Program-made: the position numbers and the translations under genes
Notes under the pieces: generated by a model
Told to the model about the DNA's origin: nothing
The model's input: only the letters and a program-made list of their open reading frames with translations
The model's database searches: none
Shown here: positions 30,698 to 40,929 of the stretch, piece after piece
Layout: every line of letters begins with the position of its first letter
Position numbering within the stretch: the stretch's first letter is position 1
Virus record (IMG/VR): IMGVR_UViG_3300032280_000442
Span: 244,575-308,574 of that record
Length of the DNA stretch: 64,000 nucleotides
Strand: one strand, 5' to 3'
From: a virus
Lineage: Duplodnaviria > Caudoviricetes

Positions 30698-32374
30698 CTA
30701 TATTAGACCACCATCAGTAATAGTCCAACTGTTAGGTGGTGAAATTAATATAGCTTTAGAAGCCGTTGCCCCACTTGTATGTTTAATTGTCCCAAAATTT
30801 ATTATTTTATTTGCCAATACAGGTCTTGATGCCCAACCTATTAATAAGTTATCATAATTTGTTGTTGAATAGTCATTATATGTTTTACCACTCATAAAAC
30901 CACCCGAGGTACCAAATGTCGTAACTCCAGACACAACCCAATTACCAATAGGTTGGTTGAAAGCGTAAGCGTTAAAGAACATATCACTCATATTTGTCAC
31001 TTTTACCGTATTCCAAGAATTTAAAGGTTGGTTGAACGACGAGGCTCTAACAAACATACCCGTCATACTAGTCACATTAGAGGTGTTCCAACCACTAATA
31101 TCTTGATTAAACGCCATAGGTAATCTTGGGCTGGTGTAAGCGTAGAACATAAAATCCATTCTTGTAACTCCCGAAGTATTCCAAGAACCAATTGGTTGAT
31201 TAAAATAAGGTTGTCCAACAAACATTTGTAACATAGTTATAACTTTGGATGTGTTCCAATTATTAATACTATTAGAACCTCCATTATTAAACACACCATC
31301 ACCCCTACTACAATTAAATAAATAAGCCATAGTTGTAACTCCTGAAGTATTCCAAGAACCAATGTTTTGGTTAAAAGATGTAGCATCAAAAAACGTTCCA
31401 TATAAAGATTGGCAAGACGATAAATTCCAATTCCCAATATCTTGGTTAAACGCACCCTTAGAAAACATAAGTTCCATTGTAACAACCTTAGATGTGTCCC
31501 AATTACCTATTGGTTGATTAAAATTATGGTATACACCTGAAGAGTCTGAACCAAACAGATATCTCATTGTTGTAACTCCTGAAGTATTCCAATTATTAAT
31601 ATCAGGACTTCCACCATTATTAAAGTTTCTAGCATTAGCAAATACGTTTTGCATATCTATAACATTTGAAGTATTCCATCCTCCAACATTATCATTAAAA
31701 TTAGTACTATTTTCAAACATTCTATTTAATGATTTAATATTTGAAGTATCCCAATTATTAATATTTGCAATTGTGGTTAATGAAGGGCAGGAGTAAAAGA
31801 ACGTAGTCAATGCTGACATACTTGTTAAATCAGGTTCACCAGTTACACCGGTTAAAACTAAATTAGTACATCCAAAGAATGTTCCATAATTATTATTAGG
31901 TGAGAATTTATTTCCCCAATGTTTAATTTCCCTAAGTTTTAATTTATCACCCGCATTATTAAAACAGAATCCACTAACAAATCCATCAATAGTTATTGTA
32001 TAATCACCGGCACCTGTATAAGTGTGGGTTCTATTTGCGTATGAATTGACGGAAGTAGTACCATCACCCCAATCAATTAAACCTGAGTACATACTTCCGG
32101 ACGCAAGATATGGTAAGGTAACCGTTTCAGTTGCTCCTGTTGTTCTCCAAACTGAAATAAATTCTGTTGGTGGCGGACAAGGAATATTTAACGAACAAGT
32201 TTTATTGTAATTAGGTAAATAGATATCATACGTTCCATAATAATCTTCGGTTTCGTAATCATATGGTAAGGTAACACTTCCAATAAGAATACTTCCACCT
32301 GAGCAAGGGTAAAATGTAATGTCGGCTATTTGTCCGTCGTAATTTGTTGTTAATATTTCTAAAATTGTTGCCAT
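30698..32374 (-). CDS. DUF285/BspA-type repeat protein with PKD-like domain
   Basis: Tandem FNQxIGxWNTSxVTxMxxMF repeats; IDWGDG. Confidence 0.85.
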   Translation of the reverse strand: MATILEILTTNYDGQIADITFYPCSGGSILIGSVTLPYDYETEDYYGTYDIYLPNYNKTCSLNIPCPPPTEFISVWRTTGATETVTLPYLASGSMYSGLIDWGDGTTSVNSYANRTHTYTGAGDYTITIDGFVSGFCFNNAGDKLKLREIKHWGNKFSPNNNYGTFFGCTNLVLTGVTGEPDLTSMSALTTFFYSCPSLTTIANINNWDTSNIKSLNRMFENSTNFNDNVGGWNTSNVIDMQNVFANARNFNNGGSPDINNWNTSGVTTMRYLFGSDSSGVYHNFNQPIGNWDTSKVVTMELMFSKGAFNQDIGNWNLSSCQSLYGTFFDATSFNQNIGSWNTSGVTTMAYLFNCSRGDGVFNNGGSNSINNWNTSKVITMLQMFVGQPYFNQPIGSWNTSGVTRMDFMFYAYTSPRLPMAFNQDISGWNTSNVTSMTGMFVRASSFNQPLNSWNTVKVTNMSDMFFNAYAFNQPIGNWVVSGVTTFGTSGGFMSGKTYNDYSTTNYDNLLIGWASRPVLANKIINFGTIKHTSGATASKAILISPPNSWTITDGGLI

Positions 32375-32413
32375 ATATTATTCGTAAGTGTAAATTGTTC
32401 CGTTATAAAAAAG

Positions 32414-33481
32414 TTAATCTTTTATTAATCTCACTGAAAGTCCATTAGCTTTACTAATAACTGAACTATTGATATTAGTACTATTATAAGCAATATATCG
32501 GTAATAAGCGAATGTTAATATAAACTCTGTTGAACTCCACCAGAACCCTTGATTATTAATAAGGTTAAAGGATGTTGTGCGTATTCCTCCACCAAACGCT
32601 GAAAATCCGCTAGAATTAGTTGCCTGATTAGGTGTTAACCAATGACAACCACCTGTTTCTTTCATTGCTCCACCGGCAGGACTTGTTCCTCCTAAATAAT
32701 TTACAAGAGTTGTCCATTCGGTATCAGAAGGAATATGATAACCGGTTGGTGCCAATCCTCTTGGGTCGTTTACCGCATACCAATTGTATAATTTTCCGTA
32801 AGTTGTTCCTGTAACCGAATCATTGTTATAGTAACACCAAGCACCTGTGGTTAAATTATTCCAAGTTGTTTGGTCAGTAACTTGAGGAATTACATCACCG
32901 TTACGATAAGTTGTTACATCTAAATTACATTTTGCCCACGTTTGAGTTCCAATCAATACATCCTGTGTTGTACAATTTGGGCACGGATTTAATGTCGGTG
33001 TAGGTGTGGGTGTTTTAGTAAGTGTAGGAGTTGGAGTCAAAGTAGATGTTGGAGTAAATGTTGGGGTTGATGTTGGGGTTGATGTTATTGATAATGTTGA
33101 AGTAAGTGTTGGAGTTGGTGTGATTGTAGGTGTTGGTGTTGGGGTTGGTGTTATTGACTTAACAACATATGTAAAATCACAAAATGGTTGAGATGTTTGA
33201 GACGGTGTTGGAGTTGGACGATTACCCTCATTTACTGGTGTAGGTTTAGGAAAATGTTTAGTAATGTTAATGTTATCACCACCTTTTACAGTAAAAATCC
33301 CTTGTCCTTCAACATTAAGTTTTGAGCCCGCAATAATATTACCTGATTTTTTTCTGATAACAAAAAAACCGGATTTAAAATTGTTTTGAACAATAACACC
33401 ATTTGGTTTGTTTTCTTCGTTTAAATCAAGATTAATATTTACGGAAACATCAATACTTCTCTTTCTATCTGAGATACCCAT
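32414..33481 (-). CDS. FISUMP-domain protein with Pro/Thr linker
   Basis: IGTQTWAKCNL; YGKLYNWYAV; GYHIPSDTEW; SGFSAFGGG; GLSVRLIKD. Confidence 0.85.
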   Translation of the reverse strand: MGISDRKRSIDVSVNINLDLNEENKPNGVIVQNNFKSGFFVIRKKSGNIIAGSKLNVEGQGIFTVKGGDNINITKHFPKPTPVNEGNRPTPTPSQTSQPFCDFTYVVKSITPTPTPTPTITPTPTLTSTLSITSTPTSTPTFTPTSTLTPTPTLTKTPTPTPTLNPCPNCTTQDVLIGTQTWAKCNLDVTTYRNGDVIPQVTDQTTWNNLTTGAWCYYNNDSVTGTTYGKLYNWYAVNDPRGLAPTGYHIPSDTEWTTLVNYLGGTSPAGGAMKETGGCHWLTPNQATNSSGFSAFGGGIRTTSFNLINNQGFWWSSTEFILTFAYYRYIAYNSTNINSSVISKANGLSVRLIKD

Positions 33482-33504
33482 TTATTCTTTTTAAATAAAT
33501 ATAA

Positions 33505-35271
33505 TCACATACCAAATAACCAACCATATTTTTGATAATCTTCACGACTAACTTGTTGGCCTCCAAATTGATTCATTCTATCTTGATAATGTGGTATTAC
33601 AGGGTCAAAATTTATATTCTCTTTAATTGATTCATTATTACTTACAGACCAAGAATCAATCATTGCCTTGGTTTGTTCGGTAACCTTAGTTAATTTACTA
33701 AAAGAAGATTCTGCGACGTAAGTTGCCATCGCAATTGACATAATTAAATCATCGTGATGTCCTTTTTGGTGGTCAGGACGACCATTGATATAAACAAAGG
33801 TGTTCATCTCATTATACAAACGATTACTATAAATTTTAAATTTATGTCTCATTACTTCTTCAAACGACGCAATAATTTGAACCCTTTTGTTGTTAAAATT
33901 TATTCCCGGAATTTTATCCATAGCTTTTGGGTCATACTTCCATTTGTTTGCCAAATCAAGACCGTCAACATATAAATCTCGGTAATTCATTTCTTGTAGT
34001 TTTCTTGCCGTTGAAACCCCCATTCCACCGGTGATATCAATTACAACAAAACAAGAATAGATTGTTGCCCATTTATGACAAATTTCCGCCATAGTATCCG
34101 GAGGTAATTTTCCAACATATTCCGCAACTTGTTCTTGTGTATCAAAATCTATAATTTGAAATGAACTGAAATCCTCAGAATCCCCACGAGAAACGTCGAC
34201 ACCCATAATGTATTTATGTCCCACAATCGGGTCTTTCCAAATCCAAAGAGCGTTACCCATTAATTTGTTAATGGGTTCTTTAACCATATTCTCACGGATA
34301 TCTTGCATCATAAGAGAATCAAATACGTTATCTCCGGAACCTAAGAAGTTACATTCTAACTCCTGAGATACTTTTCGTTTGTCGTATTTTAATTTTTTTA
34401 CCATCGCCTCAAACCAAGATGAACAAGGTTTGTATCCGTCTGCCATCAATAATTTAACATCATCAAAATTTCTAGCATCATAAGACTTACTTCCCCAATC
34501 AATAAAATCATTAGGATTGTATTCTTCTTTGTTTAAAAGGTAATGGATTATATTGTCAGTTTTTACAAAATATAAATCTTTTGTATAACGTGGGTCACGA
34601 TACCAAAACATCTCCGTAATTTTAAAATCATTCATATTACGTAACGCTTGGTCATATATCTCATAGTAAATTGGGTCATATCCGTTGGGAGTTGAAACCA
34701 CAATTACTTTACCCCCCGTAGATAGGGATGCCATACAGGCAGACCAGAAATCACTATCGGCCTCGATAAACGCTGCCTCATCAAATACAAGTATGGTAGG
34801 TGTAAATCCACGCAAGGCATCCTTAGATGTTGCAACGGCTTTGACCTCACACCCATTTGTTAATTTATAGTGTCTTTGGGAATTTTTTGATTTATCAAAA
34901 TCTACACCGGTCCAAGAAGGCCATTGTCCAACGAACGATTTTATTTTGTTCGCCATCTCCAATGAAGTATCCAACTTATTGGCAATAATCAATATCTTCT
35001 CAGGAGTTTCTTTTCTAGCAAATATTAATTTTTTAGACATCCAAGCCGCGGTAACTGTTGATACCCCGGCCTGTCTGTATTTTAATGCTATGTTTTCGTT
35101 GTAGTTTTCGTAATCGTCTAATAGAGTAATTTGGTCCGGGAAAAGTTCCAAAGGAACATATTTTTTTACCGTGTTATCATACGTTTCTAAATACGTTTTT
35201 AATGCGTATTCCGTATCTCTATTACATTTTACGTACTCTATAAGTACTTGTTCTCTTGTTAAATTAGACAT
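33505..35271 (-). CDS. Terminase large subunit (gp17-like)
   Basis: LKYRQAGVST; LVFDEAAF; VSTPNG; GVDVSRG; HDDLIMS. Confidence 0.95.
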   Translation of the reverse strand: MSNLTREQVLIEYVKCNRDTEYALKTYLETYDNTVKKYVPLELFPDQITLLDDYENYNENIALKYRQAGVSTVTAAWMSKKLIFARKETPEKILIIANKLDTSLEMANKIKSFVGQWPSWTGVDFDKSKNSQRHYKLTNGCEVKAVATSKDALRGFTPTILVFDEAAFIEADSDFWSACMASLSTGGKVIVVSTPNGYDPIYYEIYDQALRNMNDFKITEMFWYRDPRYTKDLYFVKTDNIIHYLLNKEEYNPNDFIDWGSKSYDARNFDDVKLLMADGYKPCSSWFEAMVKKLKYDKRKVSQELECNFLGSGDNVFDSLMMQDIRENMVKEPINKLMGNALWIWKDPIVGHKYIMGVDVSRGDSEDFSSFQIIDFDTQEQVAEYVGKLPPDTMAEICHKWATIYSCFVVIDITGGMGVSTARKLQEMNYRDLYVDGLDLANKWKYDPKAMDKIPGINFNNKRVQIIASFEEVMRHKFKIYSNRLYNEMNTFVYINGRPDHQKGHHDDLIMSIAMATYVAESSFSKLTKVTEQTKAMIDSWSVSNNESIKENINFDPVIPHYQDRMNQFGGQQVSREDYQKYGWLFGM

Positions 35272-35292
35272 ACATACTGTTGTCGGTAATTT

Positions 35293-36678
35293 TTAGAATC
35301 CTAACGCAGATAAATCAATATCGTCTAAGTCATCTAAGTCATCAAAATCATCATTATTATTTCCATAATTATCACTATCATCATCGTCATCAGACATTTT
35401 TGATTCATATTCGTGTTTTTTAAGGATTTCAACAATTTCGTTAACCATTCTATTTATTACCTCTTTTGCTTCAGGTTTATCAGCCATAATAGCTTTTGCT
35501 AATACCATAAAATCTTTCGCCTCTAATTGAGACAATTTCATAAATAAGTATTGTTGAAGGTGTCTTTGGTCATCTTCATATAATTTGTCAGGCCACACTT
35601 CTCTAAATTTTTCCCAAAATATTGGACCTAATCTTGAGTCCCATATTTCCGCAGGTAATGTATCTTCAGCACCAACAACCATACTTCTTTGAACAGGGTC
35701 GTTTGGTAAGCCTTGGTCACCATATAATGAATAAATACCTTTAACTATCTCGTGTACCAATAACGGGAAGGTAAATGCTTTTGCTCTAATTGTTGGTGGG
35801 TCTGTTTCAGGGTCTGATTCTGATTGCCCCATTTGACCACCACCTGAACCGGCCATTCCTTCCATATCAGGATATAACCAATATAAGTGTTCCATTAGTG
35901 ATTGTGTTACACCATATAAATTCAATAAGTTTGGACTTAATCTATTTATTTCATCACTAACTAACGTATACATATGACCACCTTTAAATGCCGCTCCTTG
36001 AACTAATGAATTAATCATTCTTCTTTTCGCTTTCTCTAAATTGAATTTTTCCATAGAATCCATAAAGTCTTCTATTTCTTCTTGGTGTTCTTCACCCTCT
36101 TTGAACGCCTCTTCAACATCTTCTTCATCCGGTTGTTCAGGTTGTGTTTGCATTCCTTCAGACGCACCCATTGGCCCACTAACTAACTCAACATCAAATT
36201 GTAATTGTCCTTCAGGAATTCCTAATTCTTTTTTAACTAAATCAACCGCTAAGTTTTCAAGATATTCTTTGTTTTGAACCTCAACTCTTTTAATTTGTTG
36301 TAAACCATTCATAACAGAACTCATAAGTCCCATCATAGGATTATTTCCTTGAATTGGTGTCGTATCACCTAAAAATCTTCTTACTTTATCAACAGAGTCC
36401 TTAAATCTTTGTGAAGATATTGTTTCAACAAAATCTCTATCACCATCTTGTGGTAACGCAGGATGTTCAGCGTACGGAGTTCTTTTTTGTTGGATTTGAT
36501 TTTCAATTCCCGGTTCCATTCTTTCTGGTCCTTCATAACTAACAGGTGCTTCATTTAAACGACGATTAATTTCGTTTAACATAGTTTGTTGGTTATTAGT
36601 CAAACCTTCATTAACTAATTTTTTATCTAAGTCACTTTTGACTTTCAATATCTTTTCCATTTTTAAATTTGCACTCAT
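35293..36678 (-). CDS. Hypothetical (putative head) protein
   Basis: KRRMINSLVQG; FPLLVHEIVKG; acidic tail. Confidence 0.55.
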   Translation of the reverse strand: MSANLKMEKILKVKSDLDKKLVNEGLTNNQQTMLNEINRRLNEAPVSYEGPERMEPGIENQIQQKRTPYAEHPALPQDGDRDFVETISSQRFKDSVDKVRRFLGDTTPIQGNNPMMGLMSSVMNGLQQIKRVEVQNKEYLENLAVDLVKKELGIPEGQLQFDVELVSGPMGASEGMQTQPEQPDEEDVEEAFKEGEEHQEEIEDFMDSMEKFNLEKAKRRMINSLVQGAAFKGGHMYTLVSDEINRLSPNLLNLYGVTQSLMEHLYWLYPDMEGMAGSGGGQMGQSESDPETDPPTIRAKAFTFPLLVHEIVKGIYSLYGDQGLPNDPVQRSMVVGAEDTLPAEIWDSRLGPIFWEKFREVWPDKLYEDDQRHLQQYLFMKLSQLEAKDFMVLAKAIMADKPEAKEVINRMVNEIVEILKKHEYESKMSDDDDDSDNYGNNNDDFDDLDDLDDIDLSALGF

Positions 36679-36680
36679 AA

Positions 36681-37637
36681 TTATTTTTGTTTAAGACCTA
36701 ACGAATTAAATTTTAAAAAATTTGGTAATTCTCTTTTGATTGCTTTCGGAGCCCCTTGTTTACTTGGGTCCGGAGCGAAAGGATGTTTTGGTGTTGTACC
36801 AGGACTAACTTTTGGTTTTGCCGGAGCAACTTCAGTTCCTTCACCAACTTCTTTTTTCATAGCCTTTGGAGCTCCTTTTTTATTAGGGTCCGGTTTGAAT
36901 GGGTGTTTCGGTGTTGTACCAGGTTTTACTTTTGGTTTTGCAGGTGCTGTTTTTGTGTCACCTTCTAAAAGATTTTCAAAATCTTTTTTAGACATTTTTG
37001 GTGTAATGTGTTTTTCTACAAGTCTCATAATTTCTTTTTCAATTTTACTTTCTCCCATAGTCATCGTTGGTCTTATCTCACCTAATTTAGCTTGTGCAAT
37101 TTTATTTAATGCACCACTAATCATTTCTTGATAATTCTCTTTTGTTTCTTTTTTCTTTTCAGGAAGTTTGGCAAAGTTAGTCTTTTCTGCAAACTCATCA
37201 GCCATTTTACACCATTTTTTTTGTTCTTTTGTTTTTCCATCACCACATTTAGCGAAGAAGTATTTTTGTTGTTTTTTTGATTCAAATTTTTCGTCAATCT
37301 CTTTTTCTTCAAACATACCCATTCCATCCTCAGTTGCATCAGGGTCTTGAACCACATTTAATGTATCGTCTTCTTCAATTTCTTGGTTTTCACCCATAGG
37401 TGTTGCCATAATAGTTCCGTCAGAATTTTTTTTAATATTATATCCTTTAGGTGTTGCCGGTAAATCACCTCCTTGTTCACCAACTTTATATCCCGTTTTA
37501 GCGGGTTCTGTTATTGGTGTTATTTGTTCTTGTAATTTATTGAATAATAAATCAACCTGACTATCAGTCATTTTATTTAGAGTAGAGGCTTTAATCCCTT
37601 CTTTTACTAGTTTCAATTTTTTTTGATTAGTGTTCAT
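36681..37637 (-). CDS. Hypothetical head-associated protein with duplicated Pro/Lys motif
   Basis: APAKPKVxPGTTPKHPFxPDPxKxGAPKA twice; start moved to ATG 37637 to avoid a long overlap. Confidence 0.55.
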   Translation of the reverse strand: MNTNQKKLKLVKEGIKASTLNKMTDSQVDLLFNKLQEQITPITEPAKTGYKVGEQGGDLPATPKGYNIKKNSDGTIMATPMGENQEIEEDDTLNVVQDPDATEDGMGMFEEKEIDEKFESKKQQKYFFAKCGDGKTKEQKKWCKMADEFAEKTNFAKLPEKKKETKENYQEMISGALNKIAQAKLGEIRPTMTMGESKIEKEIMRLVEKHITPKMSKKDFENLLEGDTKTAPAKPKVKPGTTPKHPFKPDPNKKGAPKAMKKEVGEGTEVAPAKPKVSPGTTPKHPFAPDPSKQGAPKAIKRELPNFLKFNSLGLKQK

Positions 37638-38037
37638 ATTCAATTGTTTTTTCAAATTCCAATACGATATCTCTCTCGTATAATTTATCTTTGACTGATT
37701 GTTCAGTTTCACCAAACTTGAAAACCAATCTTCTTTGACGAGTGAAGTCAACGTCTTCACTTTCGTTTTCCCAACATAATGCGATTATATCATCCATTGA
37801 ATCTATCATCGAAAAATAGTCAGAGTTTTGAATTACTGACATTGTGATTTGGTCATTCTTCAAAACTCCTACTTTTTTAATGTGTTCTATGTCCGGTGGA
37901 AGTGGATAACCATTTGATGGTTTTGACTCCCAAGCTTCACCCCAAACATCTTCAGAACTATCCGAGAAAATAAATTCATATATGTTATCACCTTTATAGT
38001 TAGGTCCTAATTCATTAACATATATTAAATAACTCAT
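37627..38037 (-). CDS. Hypothetical protein
   Basis: Coupled ORF in operon. Confidence 0.65.
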   Translation of the reverse strand: MSYLIYVNELGPNYKGDNIYEFIFSDSSEDVWGEAWESKPSNGYPLPPDIEHIKKVGVLKNDQITMSVIQNSDYFSMIDSMDDIIALCWENESEDVDFTRQRRLVFKFGETEQSVKDKLYERDIVLEFEKTIEYEH

Positions 38038-39425
38038 TAGATTATCTGACCTTTTGTATTAACTCTTAATTGTTCGTCATTCATTTCAAATACCAAGTTT
38101 TGTTTGTTTGTTTTCCCAACCAATTTAGCGTTTGGATATTTTTCCATTAATTTTCTTGCTCCAACTTCTTGAGAAATACTTTCAGATAATTGTTTGATTT
38201 TATTAATTTTAACTTTTTTACTTTCAGTAACTAATTTAGCTTGTCTTTTTTTAGATTCTAATAATTGTTTTTCTTTCGCGCCTATTTTAAAATAACCTTC
38301 AATAATTTTATCAACTTTAGATTCTGTAAAAATTCCTTCAATCATATCTTCAAGACGACCTGCGTGTTTAGAGTCGATATCAGGATGATTTAAACTTCTA
38401 TGTTTTGAATGTCTTGGTTTAAAATCTTTTTCCATATCACCCATAGATTTTGACATTCCCATAAATTTTCTATCCGAAGAAAAACTAGGAGATAATTCTT
38501 CACCGGTATCCATATCTAATTCAAATTTTGATAAATCAAAATCATCAAAACCTTCACCCATTTCACCTTCAGGACCCATCGGTTCTTCATCACCCATTTC
38601 ATCATCAAAGTCAGGTTCTTCATCACCAAAGTCAGGTTCTTCACCACCCATACCTTCTTCTTCAGTACCTTCGATTTTATCAACAATCTCTTCTTTATCT
38701 TCTTCTTCCATAGAATCCAAATCTATTGCAGATAAAATTGAGTTGATAACATATTTTGAATCTTTAGATGTCATTTCGTCTTGACCTTCTTCTGTTTCTT
38801 GGAACGCTCTTAATTTTTGAGCTAATTTACCTGTTAATTTTTGAATAGACTTTAAAGTAATCTCATCATTGTCATCGTCTTCAACATCTACATCTACATC
38901 AATATCTTCAGGTGCCGGAGCCGGTTCTTCTTCCGGAGCCGGAGCAGGTGCAGGTGCCGGAGCTGGTGCAGGAGCCGGAGCTGGTGCAGGAGCCGGAGCA
39001 GGTGCCGCTTGTTCTTTAGCTTCACCACCCATTTTTAAAATATATTTAGTAGCCTCTTCAGGACTTTCGTAAAATAAGTTAACATTTTTTTCGTTACCTT
39101 CATTAACATTAACTTCTTTAGCAATTAAATTAAGTCTTTTTAATGCTTGAGAATATGATGAATAGTATTTTCTATTTTTCATAGGCTCCATATAATCAAA
39201 CTCATTTGTTGACTCAGTTAAATTACATTTAATAATGTAACCACTTTTTTCTTTATCAATTTTATAAGTTTTACCGTTAGCCAAAACTTTAGTATATTCA
39301 GTAGATTTATCCTCATTAATTGGCGTAGGTATATTTTCTTTGTATCTAGCGATTTCCATAATACGTTGGATTTTCTCCATTCCTTGTAGTTTTTCGCTAC
39401 CAACCGGTCTTAAATTGTTTCCCAT
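38037..39425 (-). CDS. Acidic protein with (AP)n linker, putative head protein
   Basis: (AP)n run; acidic tracts; YSSYSQALKRLNL; TATTTATA upstream. Confidence 0.55.
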   Translation of the reverse strand: MGNNLRPVGSEKLQGMEKIQRIMEIARYKENIPTPINEDKSTEYTKVLANGKTYKIDKEKSGYIIKCNLTESTNEFDYMEPMKNRKYYSSYSQALKRLNLIAKEVNVNEGNEKNVNLFYESPEEATKYILKMGGEAKEQAAPAPAPAPAPAPAPAPAPAPAPAPEEEPAPAPEDIDVDVDVEDDDNDEITLKSIQKLTGKLAQKLRAFQETEEGQDEMTSKDSKYVINSILSAIDLDSMEEEDKEEIVDKIEGTEEEGMGGEEPDFGDEEPDFDDEMGDEEPMGPEGEMGEGFDDFDLSKFELDMDTGEELSPSFSSDRKFMGMSKSMGDMEKDFKPRHSKHRSLNHPDIDSKHAGRLEDMIEGIFTESKVDKIIEGYFKIGAKEKQLLESKKRQAKLVTESKKVKINKIKQLSESISQEVGARKLMEKYPNAKLVGKTNKQNLVFEMNDEQLRVNTKGQII

Positions 39426-39509
39426 TTTATATGTTTTTGTTTGGAATTATTTTATATATAAATATGTTCAGAATTAAAAATGTTATAATTCTGAATGGTT
39501 TATTGTTAA

Positions 39510-40247
39510 TTATATTGATTTTTCCTTTAAAGAAAGTTTTTTATCTTGATATTCGTTTTGAAAATCAAATAGTTTTTGAATATAACCATTTCTTCTCAAA
39601 ACTTTAAATACTAAGTTTTCGTCGGACATTTCACCCCCATCTTCTAAACCGGCAGTCCTATATTTTTTTAATTTATCTTTAACCTTATTAATACTGTCCA
39701 TACCGGATTCTATTGATTTATCCTCTGAATTGTCAATAACCTCATCAATAATTTTCATCCAATGTTGAGATTTGTTTTTTATTAACTCAGTATCAATTTC
39801 AACATCTTCTTTTTTAGGTTTGTTTTTCCACTCATCAAATAATACAGAATATTCACCACTACTAAAATGTGCCTCAACATCATTTTGAACATAGAGTTCC
39901 ACATCATAACCATAGATTTTGATGTTGTGTTTGTCGTTAAATAAAGCTTTTTTTAATTTAAAAAGTTCTTCATATAATGGAAGTTCTTTTTCTGAGAATT
40001 GTTCAAAGTCGGCAATTAGGTGTAAATCAACATCGGAATATTGAGACCAATTATAATTAGCCAATGAACCTGTCATAACCACATCGGATATAACAACATC
40101 AACACCTAAAAATTCAATGAACTCATATGCGATTTCTAATAAACGTTCTCTGACTTTAGGAGACATTTTATCTGACGATTCCCAAATCTTTGGATTTAGT
40201 TCGTCTTGTAAATGAAAACTAGATAATATACTTTTAAGATTACTCAT
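39510..40247 (-). CDS. Pol-beta superfamily nucleotidyltransferase
   Basis: MTGSLANYNWSQYSDVDLHL (GS...DxD); VELYVQ. Confidence 0.75.
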   Translation of the reverse strand: MSNLKSILSSFHLQDELNPKIWESSDKMSPKVRERLLEIAYEFIEFLGVDVVISDVVMTGSLANYNWSQYSDVDLHLIADFEQFSEKELPLYEELFKLKKALFNDKHNIKIYGYDVELYVQNDVEAHFSSGEYSVLFDEWKNKPKKEDVEIDTELIKNKSQHWMKIIDEVIDNSEDKSIESGMDSINKVKDKLKKYRTAGLEDGGEMSDENLVFKVLRRNGYIQKLFDFQNEYQDKKLSLKEKSI

Positions 40248-40277
40248 TAACTATAAATACTTAAATATCTATAATTG

Positions 40278-40520
40278 TTAAAGTTTTTTATGTGTATAAG
40301 TTTTAACTATTTTTGATGAAAAGAATTTACCCTGTGATTCCGCCATTCTGAATTGAGTATATACTTGGTGAGGAACCTCGGAATACTCATATTTTTGTCC
40401 ATTATTGAACTCAACCAACATTACTTTAGTTTCAGTATCGTATTCGGTTTTTTTAACATTTGACGATTGGATTTCGTTAATAATCTTCGTCCCTTGAATT
40501 GTTTCTTTTAATATTGCCAT
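40278..40520 (-). CDS. KTSC-domain protein
   Basis: QSSNVKKTEYD...LVEFNNGQKYEYSEVP...AESQGKFF. Confidence 0.85.
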   Translation of the reverse strand: MAILKETIQGTKIINEIQSSNVKKTEYDTETKVMLVEFNNGQKYEYSEVPHQVYTQFRMAESQGKFFSSKIVKTYTHKKL

Positions 40521-40818
40521 CTTTTAAAGGTATTTCTAAATCTATTTGTTTTAATTTATCCATAAGATAATCATCAAACTCATTATTGTCAATATTACCA
40601 AAATAGGATGTCAATTCACTTTTTAAATCTTTTATTAATGACGAAATTTTCTGATAATAATTCATAATGTCATTTGGATAATACGGAGCTCTTTCCAAAT
40701 CTTTTTGAGTCCAACCCTCTCTTTGAAAGGCACGACGAAGTTTTCTATAAACCGCAGATAATTCAGATTCCGGGTGAATCGTATCAATATATTGTTTCCA
40801 AGCAGATTTCTTTTCCAT
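40477..40818 (-). CDS. Hypothetical protein
   Basis: ORF with TATTTATT 3 nt upstream. Confidence 0.55.
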   Translation of the reverse strand: MEKKSAWKQYIDTIHPESELSAVYRKLRRAFQREGWTQKDLERAPYYPNDIMNYYQKISSLIKDLKSELTSYFGNIDNNEFDDYLMDKLKQIDLEIPLKDGNIKRNNSRDEDY

Positions 40819-40929
40819 ATCAATAAATATAATTCAGATTTGTTTTGTCCATCCAATTATTTATATTACTTTTGTCGAACCATTTGAAATAATGGAATTA
40901 ACCCTTATACTTAAATAAAACAATTAATT

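Noticed and set aside
33505-35271. Intein or intron in terminase, portal or capsid genes
   Set aside because: Lengths are ordinary and no intein C/S...HN or LAGLIDADG blocks are seen
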